From Candidatus Dojkabacteria bacterium UBA2259 (GTDB lineage Bacteria; Patescibacteriota; Dojkabacteria; SC72), in the NCBI GenBank assembly GCA_002347605.1, contig DDXN01000001.1:9701-73700 (forward strand): a DNA stretch of 64,000 bases. Direction: 5' to 3'. Shown in pieces: positions 41,004 through 50,408 of this stretch. Made by a program: the position numbers and the translations under genes. Position 1 is the stretch's first letter, and every line of letters begins with the position of its first letter. The notes beneath the pieces are model-generated. The model had not been told where the DNA came from. It did no database searches and was given only the letters and a program-made list of their open reading frames with translations.

Positions 41004-41262
41004 TTTGATAAGGTTAATACAAAATAATTCCAAAACTACCCTATATCTTTTTTACACTAGATATCTCATTTTGTATAAAACCAATTAAACTATCTTTAAG
41101 GTGAAGTAAAAGCATATCTTTCCTGTAGAAAAAACAAACAGAATACCATTAATGCACTTAAATTTGAGATAAACTTAGAACAAAACCTTCTAACTCTTCA
41201 AAAACTACTACCACTTCGTGGATGGGTAAATTAAAAATTCCTAAATTACCAAATTCTAAACA

Positions 41263-42603
41263 CTAGTCCCGGGAGACACAACGAACACCGAAGGAAGTAT
41301 ACGTCTTCTCGTCATTGTGGGTATCCCCATCGCCCAAGCGTACGTACCAAGCAAGAAAGGAAAGGAAGGCAGTCTCGGACGAAGACCAATATGTCCCATA
41401 GTGTATTGCCCGACCATCTCCAGTTGTAAACTCTGCCGCTTCTTGTAATGTGTTCCCTGCTTGATTATACATCCCATCTATATATGCTAACATTAACTCT
41501 TTTTGTGATGGTAAATACCAATTACTTCTACCATCTAGTTCCAACTCTGCACACCAGTTTATTGCATTACCACAATCAGCGTCTAAACCATCATATAAAC
41601 TTCTTGGTACTGAATTAAAGTAATCACAGACTCCAAGAGATATTTCTGTAAAATTATTTGTATTAGATATTGGTGGATCTTGTGATAACATTACAGGAGT
41701 CTGATCACTACTCCAATATATTCCTGCTCTCTCATCCTTCCATATATTGTCTGATACATAGGTCCATATGGCTTCTTCCCCATGATAGTCTTCTGGTGAT
41801 AACGGCTTTTCAAACCATCCAAAATAGTCTACTCCTCCCATATTATCATATGCACTGTACTGCATATTACTAAAATCTATTGGTGTTGGTGGGGTATATG
41901 TACCTGTTAATAGTGTTCCTGAATTTGAATAGAATTTCTTCCCATCTAATACCTCATCTACTCCTGCATCTCCTAGAAATGACCATGTACCTGTTAATAG
42001 TGTACTTGAGTTAGAATAGAATTTCTTGCCTGACATTACGTCTGTTACAGATGTATCTCCTAAATACGATACTACTGGTGGAGTATATATACCTGTTAAT
42101 AATGTCCCTGAATTTGAATAAAAAGTCTTACCCGCTAATACATCTGATACTGATGCACTCCCCTTATACGATACTATTGGTGTTGAAGGAAGTACAAGAG
42201 TACCTGTAAGTAACTCCCCTGAATCTGAATAGAATCTATTTCCTGTTAAAACATCCTCTACCGATGTGTCTCCTAGGAATGTAAACTCCTCTGGAGTGTA
42301 TGTACCCGTTTGAATATCCCTAGACCTATTGTAAAAAGTCTTCCCCTCTAACACATCACTCGCTGTTACACTACCATTAGGAGCCCATTCTGAAGCTTCT
42401 GTTACTTTCTGTACTATTACATCAATATCATCCTCTGGGACATCTTGAGTATATCCTAGCTCTACTAACTTCCCATATATACCTTTTACATCTCCCTCTA
42501 TACTCTTGGTACTTACTTCTTCTTTAAGTGGTTTAAAAAGGAATACTATTATCAAAGTTACTATTGCACCAATTATGAACGAAAGGATATATTTCTTGTT
42601 CAT
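41263..42603 (-). CDS. DUF1566 (Lcl C-terminal domain) protein with N-terminal TM anchor and internal tandem repeats
   Basis: The C-terminus ...WYLPSQKELMLAY...YWSSSETAFLSFLAWYVRLGDGDTHNDEKTYTSFGVRCVSRD matches the DUF1566 pattern (YWSS...vRCVR). The middle has at least four copies of a ~38-aa unit (DTSVxDVLxGKxFYSNSGTLLTGTYTPP). Confidence 0.6.
   Translation of the reverse strand: MNKKYILSFIIGAIVTLIIVFLFKPLKEEVSTKSIEGDVKGIYGKLVELGYTQDVPEDDIDVIVQKVTEASEWAPNGSVTASDVLEGKTFYNRSRDIQTGTYTPEEFTFLGDTSVEDVLTGNRFYSDSGELLTGTLVLPSTPIVSYKGSASVSDVLAGKTFYSNSGTLLTGIYTPPVVSYLGDTSVTDVMSGKKFYSNSSTLLTGTWSFLGDAGVDEVLDGKKFYSNSGTLLTGTYTPPTPIDFSNMQYSAYDNMGGVDYFGWFEKPLSPEDYHGEEAIWTYVSDNIWKDERAGIYWSSDQTPVMLSQDPPISNTNNFTEISLGVCDYFNSVPRSLYDGLDADCGNAINWCAELELDGRSNWYLPSQKELMLAYIDGMYNQAGNTLQEAAEFTTGDGRAIHYGTYWSSSETAFLSFLAWYVRLGDGDTHNDEKTYTSFGVRCVSRD
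41895..42370. repeat. Intragenic tandem repeats (~114 bp x ~4, diverged) inside the DUF1566 gene
   Basis: Recurrent DNA blocks (e.g. tacctgttaatagtgt[a/t]cctgaatttgaatagaatttcttccc...). Coordinates are approximate. Confidence 0.5.
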
Positions 42604-42878
42604 TTAATATATATAATTTGATGTTTAATAATATGGTTAATGATAGCAATATATGAAAAATATTTCAAAAACTTATGGAGGTTATAGTAGAAGGCTATAT
42701 GTAATACAAGTAAAAAGTTCCAAAATATTTCTATATGCATATTTTTATATAATCTTTTGTAACATTAATAACCCTTTGATAAGGAAAAACTTTTTATTGT
42801 TTTCAATATTCTGTTGAAATCTATTAAACACTTAATACTCTATTAAATAGGTAGTAGAAAATATGTGAACAATAAGTA

Positions 42879-43397
42879 TTATTCCTCGCTCTCTTCCTCT
42901 TTTTCTTTACTATCTGAATCTTTCAATATCTTTTTATCACTGACTGGAATAATCTTTACTCTTCTGTCTTCTCCCTCTCCAACGCTCTCTGTTTTAATAT
43001 CATCAAATACCTGAAGTGTAACATGAACTGTTCTCCTATCTGATGGACTCATAGGCTCTAACTCAATAGGCTCTCCTAGTATTCTTGCATCATCTGCTTT
43101 CTGCATAGCAATACTCTCTATTTTTTTGTTTCTCTCCTGCTTGTACCCACAAACATCTAAGAGTACTCTGTAGTTAGTACCCTCCGCTAACTTCTTTCTC
43201 AAGATCATACTAAATATATATTGAAGAGATTCCAAGTGTTTACCACGATTTCCAATTAAATACCCTAGGTTGTCTCCAGAAAAAGAAACTTTAATATATG
43301 AAACTCCATCTGTCTCTTCAATTTTAAGTTCATATATTGCATCTATATCTAAAAATGAAAGTAGGGAATCTAATTCTTTTTTAATAGTTTCTTCCAT
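42879..43397 (-). CDS. jag: Jag/R3H RNA-binding protein (KH + R3H)
   Basis: KH-like IGNRGKHLESLQYI and the R3H region. Position downstream of yidC is canonical. Confidence 0.8.
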   Translation of the reverse strand: MEETIKKELDSLLSFLDIDAIYELKIEETDGVSYIKVSFSGDNLGYLIGNRGKHLESLQYIFSMILRKKLAEGTNYRVLLDVCGYKQERNKKIESIAMQKADDARILGEPIELEPMSPSDRRTVHVTLQVFDDIKTESVGEGEDRRVKIIPVSDKKILKDSDSKEKEEESEE

Positions 43398-43414
43398 CTA
43401 AATATTTATTAAAA

Positions 43415-44263
43415 TTATTTCTTCTTTTTCTTAAGAACATCTAAGAGGTTTTGGACACCCTTTTTTGTTTTGTTAAAATCAAATGATACATATTGAACAA
43501 CTAGGAGAAGGGACTGTATCATCCAATACCATCCCAGTGCCGTTGGCATACTAATTGTAAAGAATACTGTCATAGCCGGAAGTAAAAACATTGTAGATTT
43601 CTGCATACCTGCTTGCATCCCCTCCATCGGAGATGCCTCTGCCCTCTTCTTTGTATTGTCCTTTTTAGGTGCAGACACATTCTGCATCTTCTGTGTAAAG
43701 AGAGTGGTAAAGTACTGAGTAACACCTACAAGTACTGAAAGAAGAATGTACGGAATACTCTGCCCAGAGAATTTACCAAACTCAGCAGCTACATCTTTGT
43801 ATGATTTTGTTAATTCCCAAAACAGAAACTTTGTATTAATGCTAACATCTTCTGATATGTTCGTGACATTTACAACCCATGGATAGAGACCCTCTAGGTT
43901 ACTTGAGGTCACGGCCCTGATAACCCCTATTAATGCGGAGAGTATTACTAACTGTGGTATAAAGGTACCTATACAACCAAGTGGGTTATACCCTGTCTTT
44001 TTATACAACTTTACCTGCTCTTGTGCTAATAGCTCTTTGTTGTTTGCATACTTCTTTTGTAATTTGTCTAACTCTGGTTTAATAGCTGCCATCTTTCTTG
44101 TCATACCTGTTTGCTTTTTTACAAGAGGTATCATTACAATCCTTGCTACAACAGCAATACCTAGTATTGCCAACCCTAGGTTGTTACCAAAAAAATGGTA
44201 AAACAAAATCATTAGGTTAAGTATCGGATAGAAAAGGACTGTATTCCAAATTGTTGAAAACAT
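43415..44263 (-). CDS. yidC: Membrane protein insertase YidC (short form)
   Basis: 282 aa with 5 TM and the conserved block GLAILGIAVVARIVMIPL...KMAAIKPELDKLQKKY. Confidence 0.88.
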   Translation of the reverse strand: MFSTIWNTVLFYPILNLMILFYHFFGNNLGLAILGIAVVARIVMIPLVKKQTGMTRKMAAIKPELDKLQKKYANNKELLAQEQVKLYKKTGYNPLGCIGTFIPQLVILSALIGVIRAVTSSNLEGLYPWVVNVTNISEDVSINTKFLFWELTKSYKDVAAEFGKFSGQSIPYILLSVLVGVTQYFTTLFTQKMQNVSAPKKDNTKKRAEASPMEGMQAGMQKSTMFLLPAMTVFFTISMPTALGWYWMIQSLLLVVQYVSFDFNKTKKGVQNLLDVLKKKKK

Positions 44264-44315
44264 ATTATTATTAAGAAAAATATTAGAAATCTAGAGAATT
44301 ATACACTAAACTTAA

Positions 44316-44621
44316 CTATTTTTCAGGTATTGGGTCATACTGCCCTGGCTTACTCCACGGATTACATCTTACAACCCTTCTAATTAGTAAATAATTGCCT
44401 TTAAATATTCCAAATCTTTTTACAACACCATATCCATATTCTGAACATGTTGGAGTAAACTTGCATGCCCTTAGATTTGGGTATATTTTACCTAAATACC
44501 CATGATCTAGAGAGAGTGTTCTTTTATACAGGTCTATTGTTAGTAGTTCAAGCTTTAAGAGTATCTCGAAGGGCAGTTTCAAACTGTATATTAAAGTCTT
44601 TTTCCAGTTTTTCATATTCAT
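44316..44621 (-). CDS. yidD: Membrane protein insertion efficiency factor YidD
   Basis: YPNLRACKFTPTCSEYGYGVVKRFG...RCNPW matches the YidD/hemolytic-domain pattern. Confidence 0.8.
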   Translation of the reverse strand: MNMKNWKKTLIYSLKLPFEILLKLELLTIDLYKRTLSLDHGYLGKIYPNLRACKFTPTCSEYGYGVVKRFGIFKGNYLLIRRVVRCNPWSKPGQYDPIPEK

Positions 44622-44883
44622 TACAATATTTATATGCTATATATATTCCTTTCATACCAATCCCATCCTTAATGTGCGTTTTAGTAATCTCCCTAAGTAG
44701 TCTTGTCATCCTATTTCTTTGTACTGCGTTCCCTATTTTTTTACTTACTACAAAGGCAAACCTAAACTCCTTTTGGGTACTTTTTTGTATAACCAACATA
44801 CCATACTCTCCACGAAATTTTTTACCCTGTTTATGAAGTAGTTGAAAGTATTTTTTGTTCAAACGATTTTCTTTGGGAAGCAT
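44548..44883 (-). CDS. rnpA: Ribonuclease P protein component
   Basis: Basic 111-aa protein with FRFAFVVSKKIGNAVQRNRMTRLLRE (RNR motif). Overlaps yidD by 74 nt in another frame. Confidence 0.85.
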   Translation of the reverse strand: MLPKENRLNKKYFQLLHKQGKKFRGEYGMLVIQKSTQKEFRFAFVVSKKIGNAVQRNRMTRLLREITKTHIKDGIGMKGIYIAYKYCNEYEKLEKDFNIQFETALRDTLKA

Positions 44884-44896
44884 ATGCTAGTATACA

Positions 44897-45079
44897 CTAT
44901 CTGGCTCTAGACAGTGGTCTTTTTCTCTTAAGTTTGTATTCATTACTTACTGTAAGGAATTTTCTTCCTTTGGCTTTTCTCCTCTTTAAAACCTTTTTAC
45001 CATTGGCATTTTTGTTTCTTGCCATAAATCCAAACTTTCTGATTCTTTTTAAATTTTTTGGCTGATATGTTCTTTTCAT
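44897..45079 (-). CDS. rpmH: 50S ribosomal protein L34 (C-terminally extended)
   Basis: [45 protein letters not shown] is L34. A ~15-aa basic extension follows. Confidence 0.85.
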   Translation of the reverse strand: MKRTYQPKNLKRIRKFGFMARNKNANGKKVLKRRKAKGRKFLTVSNEYKLKRKRPLSRAR

Positions 45080-45357
45080 TTTTATTTATTCATTCAAAAG
45101 CAGGCCTATTATATATTACCTTGTGGAGAGATAGCAAATATATTACATAAATTCTTTAAAGAAGAAATTCCCTTCCTATATGTATATTACTGATAGACAA
45201 AGGGCCAATAGAAAAGAAATCTTTCTTTACAAGCCTTTTTAAACATACAACTCTACTTTATCCACATTTTTTAGGAAATCAATATAATGAGATATTAGTC
45301 CCAATCGACCATGACTGCCCCTGTGTTTTATATATCTTCTTTATACTTTAATAGAGT
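45080..45357. promoter_or_regulatory. rpmH-dnaA intergenic region with a perfect DnaA box (TTATCCACA at 45257-45265), probable dnaA promoter and origin-associated region
   Basis: Exact consensus 9-mer seen in the sequence. Canonical rpmH<->dnaA divergent arrangement. Confidence 0.6.
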
Positions 45358-46830
45358 ATGGATAAAATTGATTTTGAACAGTATGCCCAAAATATTCCAA
45401 AACCAGAGATAAAAGAGGTAGACGCATCTACCCTTGATATAGATGTGGATGATGTATGGAAGATTGTTAATGAGAATTTAAGGATGGTGTTAGATAGGGT
45501 AGAGTATGATTCTTGGTTTTCAGGTGCATATCTTGAAAGGATTCAAAACGGTGTAGCTACAATTTCATGTCCAAACGAATTCAAAAGGTCTGCAATATTA
45601 AAAGATTACAATAAGTTTTTGCAAAGCTGTTTAACTAAAGCTACTGGTCAGAATTTGCAGTTAGAGGTTGTTGTAAAGGCTGGTGAATCACAAAGACCTA
45701 AAGAGAGATACAGGTTTGTTACTCAAACGGGTAACCCAGTAGTTGACCTATTTACAAAAATGGAGGGAGACAAAAAGAAGTATGAAGATGCTGTTAAAAA
45801 GGCTAGATTAAATCCAAGATATACCTTTAAGACCTTTGTCGTGGGAAGTAACAATAGACTAGCAGAGGCTGTTGCCCAATCTGTTGTTTCAGATATGGAG
45901 AATGAAAGTATTGCTAAATCATATAACCCAGTTTTTTACTATGGTAATACCGGCGTAGGTAAAACTCACTTAATGCAAGCAATCGGGAATGAAGTATTAA
46001 GAGTAAATCCTACCAGAAGTGTAGTATATGTTTCAATTGAACAGTTCCTTAATGAAATGATAGAGGCTATTCGAACTAAAAAGAATGAAGATTTTAGAAC
46101 AAAGTACAGGGATGTGGACCTTTTAATAATTGACGATATTCAGTTTGTAGAAACATACCCTAAAACCCAAGAGGAGCTCTTCCACACCTTTAATACCTTG
46201 TACCAAGCGAATAAACAGATTATTCTAGCTTCAGATAGACCTCCAAGAGATATCAAAAATATTACAGATAGATTAAGAACAAGGTTCGAAGGAGGTATGG
46301 TGTGTGATATCCAGGCTCCAGAGTATGAGACAAGGTTGGCCATTCTAAAACAGATTATGCTTGAAAAAGGAGTAACCGTTCCAGATGCATTCTTGGATTT
46401 AATAGCTAAAAACATTGTAAATAGTGTAAGAGAGTTAGAGGGTGCTCTTAACAAAGTAATTACTCTCACAAAGCTTGGTCAGGTTCCATCTTACGAAGAG
46501 GTTGCTAGAATTTTACAAGTTGATATTGAGAGTAAAAGAAGAAGAGTTACTCCTGAAAAGGTTCTAGAAGTTGTATGCTCTGTCTTTGATGTATCAATAC
46601 GTTCAATTAAAAGTCCTAAAAAGACAGCAAGTTTAGCAACACCAAGACAGGTTGTTATGTTTCTTCTTAGAACGGAGTTAGAAACTTCATTGCTAGATGC
46701 GGCGAAGTGTGTTGGAAGAAAGGATCACACAACTGTGCTTCATGCTTGTGCTGCGATTCCAAAAAAAATAAAGTCAGATTCTACATTGTCAGAAAAAATT
46801 GAAAAGTGTAGGGGAGATCTCTTCTATTAG
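45358..46830 (+). CDS. dnaA: Chromosomal replication initiator DnaA
   Basis: Walker A GNTGVGKTHL, Walker B LLIIDDIQF, the sensor region and the C-terminal DNA-binding domain. Confidence 0.95.
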   Translation: MDKIDFEQYAQNIPKPEIKEVDASTLDIDVDDVWKIVNENLRMVLDRVEYDSWFSGAYLERIQNGVATISCPNEFKRSAILKDYNKFLQSCLTKATGQNLQLEVVVKAGESQRPKERYRFVTQTGNPVVDLFTKMEGDKKKYEDAVKKARLNPRYTFKTFVVGSNNRLAEAVAQSVVSDMENESIAKSYNPVFYYGNTGVGKTHLMQAIGNEVLRVNPTRSVVYVSIEQFLNEMIEAIRTKKNEDFRTKYRDVDLLIIDDIQFVETYPKTQEELFHTFNTLYQANKQIILASDRPPRDIKNITDRLRTRFEGGMVCDIQAPEYETRLAILKQIMLEKGVTVPDAFLDLIAKNIVNSVRELEGALNKVITLTKLGQVPSYEEVARILQVDIESKRRRVTPEKVLEVVCSVFDVSIRSIKSPKKTASLATPRQVVMFLLRTELETSLLDAAKCVGRKDHTTVLHACAAIPKKIKSDSTLSEKIEKCRGDLFY

Positions 46831-47248
46831 TTAGTGTGGATTGTATGTGTATTATTGTTGATAACCTACTTAGTACTCCACATTCAAAAACGTTGATCTG
46901 TTAATAGAGTCCCTATTTAACAATGTTTCTTTAACAGACTCTTAAACACATAAATGCACATATTAACGATATTTATACACATTTTGTATACACATAGAAG
47001 AGAGACGGTAGTGAAGATATTTTAATGTATTGATAACTAAAATGAACAGTTAGGTTATCAACATTTGAAATTTATGAAAAAATCATTTACTAGAATCTGT
47101 AATTTAATTAATTTAAAACAGTTATCAACTTATCCATACTCTCTACTACTATGATAACTATATATATTTAATATTATAATAGTAGCAAAGAGATCCAATT
47201 TTAAGTAAAATATACTAGATAACTGCCTACTATCTAATATTAAATAAT
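46831..47248. other. Probable oriC: AT-rich dnaA-dnaN intergenic region with multiple DnaA-box-like 9-mers
   Basis: TTATACACA, TTATCAACA and TTATCCATA (each one mismatch), TTATCAACT, and reverse-orientation GATAACT boxes, plus long AT runs. Boxes counted by eye. Confidence 0.6.
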
Positions 47249-48376
47249 ATGAAAATGCAATTTACATGTAACCAAGATACCTTAGCGAAATACCTAGAGA
47301 TTATTAGCAGGGTAGTAAGTAGTAAACCAGGATTACCAATCCTTAATAATGTTCAGTTTGAAACAAGTAAGGGTAAGCTTCTAATGACTGCAACTGACTT
47401 AGAAATTGGGATTAGTACATGGATAGGTGCAGATGTTAAATCTGAGGGAAAAACTACAGTACCTGCTAAGCAGTTGACCGAGTTTGTTACATCTATTCCT
47501 TCTGATACAGTAGATGCTACTTTAGATAATCAAACTTTTAATATATCTACTACAAATAACTCTGCGAATTTCAATACCATGTCTGCAGAGGAATTTCCCT
47601 CAGTTGCTACTGTTACAGGGAAAAAACCTCTATTTAAGATATCTAAAGAGGATCTTTCTAAGGCTGTAAATAGAGTTGCATTTGCATCTGCCACAGATGA
47701 TATTAAACCTGTTTTAACAGGAGTACTTCTTGAAGTTTTAGGAGAGAGTGTTTCTTTTGTAGGTACAGATGGTTTGAGATTATCAAGACAGATTATCAAG
47801 TTAGACTCTAGTGCTGAAAAAGATGTAAACATATTAGTACCTGTTAAAGCCCTATTTGAGTTAGCACATATTGTTTCAGAAGTAGGGGATGATGATGATG
47901 TAGAAGTATATTTAATAGAGGACAGAAATCAGATTCTGTTTAGGTATAGCGATGTAGATTTGGTATCAAGATTAATTGATGGGCAGTTTCCAGAGTACAG
48001 GCAGATTATTCCTACTGGATACAAAACAATGTGTAAGGTATCTAGATCGGATTTTCTTAACTCTCTAAAAGTAACCAATATTATAGCCAAAAGTGTGCTT
48101 GGGAATAAATTGATATTGGATATTGACCCCTCTAATGACAAGATAGTTCTTTCTGCTACACAAACAGATTTGGGTAGCAACAAGAGCACATTTGAAGGGA
48201 AGATAGAAGGGGATAGTTTAAAAATAGCTTTTAGTTCGAGATTACTTGCAGATATTTTAAATCACTTAGATTCAGAAGATATATCTTTTGAATGTTGCGA
48301 AACTGTTAAACCAGGAGTGTTTAAAATTATTGATGATCCTGATTTTGTTCATCTAGTAATGCCGATGATGCTTTAA
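47249..48376 (+). CDS. dnaN: DNA polymerase III beta sliding clamp
   Basis: 375 aa with three-domain clamp pattern. N-terminus MKMQFTCNQDTLAKYLEIISRVVSSK...LMTATDLEIGIS. Confidence 0.9.
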   Translation: MKMQFTCNQDTLAKYLEIISRVVSSKPGLPILNNVQFETSKGKLLMTATDLEIGISTWIGADVKSEGKTTVPAKQLTEFVTSIPSDTVDATLDNQTFNISTTNNSANFNTMSAEEFPSVATVTGKKPLFKISKEDLSKAVNRVAFASATDDIKPVLTGVLLEVLGESVSFVGTDGLRLSRQIIKLDSSAEKDVNILVPVKALFELAHIVSEVGDDDDVEVYLIEDRNQILFRYSDVDLVSRLIDGQFPEYRQIIPTGYKTMCKVSRSDFLNSLKVTNIIAKSVLGNKLILDIDPSNDKIVLSATQTDLGSNKSTFEGKIEGDSLKIAFSSRLLADILNHLDSEDISFECCETVKPGVFKIIDDPDFVHLVMPMML

Positions 48377-49040
48377 AATCTTTGATTCTGTAACCCTGCC
48401 CATGAACAGTTTCAATTAAGCTTTTTCTAGGTAGCTTGTCTCTAAGCCTTTTAATATGTACATCAATTGTATTGGAACCTGTATAGCTTCTGTAATCCCA
48501 TACATGATCTAGTAGTTCACACCTACTAATGGTTCTATTTTTGTTTCTAACCAGATATTCTAATAACTGATACTCCTTCTTTCTTAAATCAATATCACTA
48601 TTCTTTGTTGATACAGTCTTGTTATTAGTATCAAGTAAGACATCTCCAATATACATTTTACTATCGACATAACTTAAAGGTCTTCTAAGTAGAGATTGTA
48701 TTCTTGCTATTAACTCTTGCATAGGAAAAGGGTAGGAAAGAACATCATCCCCACCATTATTTAGGAAACTAACCTTATCTTTCCATGTACCAATACTACA
48801 TATGCCCAATATCTTACTTTTGGAGTCTTTCTTACCCTTAACCTTTTTTAATATATCTAAAGTAGAATATTTACCTACCAGATTTGTATCTATAATTATT
48901 ATCTCAAAAAGACCCCTATTTACTAAATTTACACTAGCGAAATCTGCACTATCCTGGGTGATATTATACCCATATGCAAGTAAAGAATGTTTAAGGATAT
49001 GGGAAATGGTCTTAGATTTCTCTATAATTAAGATATTCAT
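48327..49040 (-). CDS. OmpR/PhoB-family response regulator with atypical receiver domain (orphan)
   Basis: The C-terminal winged helix ...LLEYLVRNKNRTISRCELLDHVWDYRSYTGSNTIDVHIKRLRDKL...VHGQGYRIKD is canonical. The N-terminal receiver has ILIIEKSK in place of the acidic DD pocket, though a central IIIDTNL aspartate is present. No histidine kinase is nearby. The 3' end overlaps dnaN by 50 nt (convergent). Confidence 0.7.
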   Translation of the reverse strand: MNILIIEKSKTISHILKHSLLAYGYNITQDSADFASVNLVNRGLFEIIIIDTNLVGKYSTLDILKKVKGKKDSKSKILGICSIGTWKDKVSFLNNGGDDVLSYPFPMQELIARIQSLLRRPLSYVDSKMYIGDVLLDTNNKTVSTKNSDIDLRKKEYQLLEYLVRNKNRTISRCELLDHVWDYRSYTGSNTIDVHIKRLRDKLPRKSLIETVHGQGYRIKDFKASSALLDEQNQDHQ

Positions 49041-49084
49041 ATATTAATGTATAAAATTAATTTTAAAGAATAGAACTAAAGAGA

Positions 49085-49483
49085 ATGGATTCAAAACCCT
49101 ATAATCCAAGAAATCTTAAATTTGTATTTGTACTTACATTTCTATTAATACTCTCTGTTGTAATTTTGTTGTATTTACTCTCATTAAGAAATTTCTTACC
49201 ATTTAATACACAAAATCAGTATAACTGGATGAATATATTTACAGTTAGCTCTCTTCTTTTTTCATCTCTTTTTTCTCTTTCATCCTTGATATCCTACTTT
49301 TTACTACGTGTTGTTCTTAAAAAAGAGGAGGGTAGAGAGTTAAAGATAGTTTGTATAAAATGGGGGATGTTTTTTACACTTGGGATATTTCTCGTTGTAT
49401 TACTAAATTTCTTCCATATACTTAATATATATTGGGGATTAGGAATCCTTTTAGTTGTTATTGCTACCTCCTTTGTTATATGA
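49085..49483 (+). CDS. Hypothetical small membrane protein (4 TM)
   Basis: Hydrophobic ORF. No motif. Confidence 0.4.
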   Translation: MDSKPYNPRNLKFVFVLTFLLILSVVILLYLLSLRNFLPFNTQNQYNWMNIFTVSSLLFSSLFSLSSLISYFLLRVVLKKEEGRELKIVCIKWGMFFTLGIFLVVLLNFFHILNIYWGLGILLVVIATSFVI

Positions 49484-49492
49484 TATTGATAT

Positions 49493-50182
49493 ATGGCTGA
49501 ATCTTTCAAAAAGACAATAAAAAACGAATTTAGTGATATTATGGATATTCTCTCTGGAGAAATGAAACTGAGAGAGAGGGAGGAAAGTATTCAAAGGCTT
49601 AAAGAAGAGGCAAAAACTAGACAGAAAACTGAGAAAAGAAGAAGAATTGCCCAAAAGGAAATGGTATTAGAGGAGAGTGATATACCAACCAAAAAGGTAG
49701 TACAAAATATTAAGCTTTTTGAATGGGAAGCACCTGATAGATATAAACTTGATTTCAATAGGAAGAGTTTTTGGGTAATACTTGCATTTACACTTCTCTT
49801 TGTTCTTTTTTTGGCTATATTAGAACAGTATTACTTAATGGCTGCAATGATCTCCCTAATCTTCTTTATATATGTTGCTGGAACAAATAAACCAGTTACT
49901 ATTAAACATAGGATAACAGCAAGGGGAATAGATGCAGGGGGGAAGCTGTATGAATGGTTTATGTTAGATTCTTTCTGGTTTTCAATAAAAAATGGGCAGT
50001 ATTTTTTAATTGTTGAAACTAAACTAAGATATCCAAAGTCTTTAATTTTGCTTTTGGAAGGGGCAGACAAGGATGCAATATTTGTATTACTTCAGGAGAA
50101 AGTTTTGTACAAGGATATTAGGAAACAGAGTAGGATGGATATTCTCACTTATGGTAATTACATCCCATTTGAAGAGATTTAG
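49493..50182 (+). CDS. Hypothetical membrane protein (charged N-terminus, 2 TM, C-terminal soluble domain)
   Basis: ORF of 229 aa. No recognisable motif. Confidence 0.4.
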   Translation: MAESFKKTIKNEFSDIMDILSGEMKLREREESIQRLKEEAKTRQKTEKRRRIAQKEMVLEESDIPTKKVVQNIKLFEWEAPDRYKLDFNRKSFWVILAFTLLFVLFLAILEQYYLMAAMISLIFFIYVAGTNKPVTIKHRITARGIDAGGKLYEWFMLDSFWFSIKNGQYFLIVETKLRYPKSLILLLEGADKDAIFVLLQEKVLYKDIRKQSRMDILTYGNYIPFEEI

Positions 50183-50218
50183 TATATATTGATGTATAAT
50201 TTCCAATAAGATATAGAT

Positions 50219-50312
50219 GGAGAGGTGCTAGAGTGGTCGAATAGGGCACACTCGAAATGTGCTGTTCGGGATATTTCCTGAACCGTGGGTTCAAATCCCA
50301 CCCTCTCCGCCA
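50219..50312 (+). tRNA. tRNA-Ser (anticodon CGA), long variable arm, CCA encoded
   Basis: Acceptor GGAGAGG/CCTCTCC, anticodon stem GCACA/TGTGC with loop CTCGAAA, a ~21-nt variable arm, and T-arm GTGGGTTCAAATCCCAC, then GCCA. Confidence 0.8.
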
Positions 50313-50408
50313 TTATTAATATGTTTCAAGAACACTTTTTCTATAATTTACAAGTATATATAAAAATGTTAATGTGTACTTGGAATAAATTCATAAAACT
50401 ATTGAAAG

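Noticed and set aside
44897-45079. L34 C-terminal extension as a separate fused peptide
   Set aside because: A continuous reading frame with basic composition consistent with a ribosomal protein tail. There is no evidence of a second gene.
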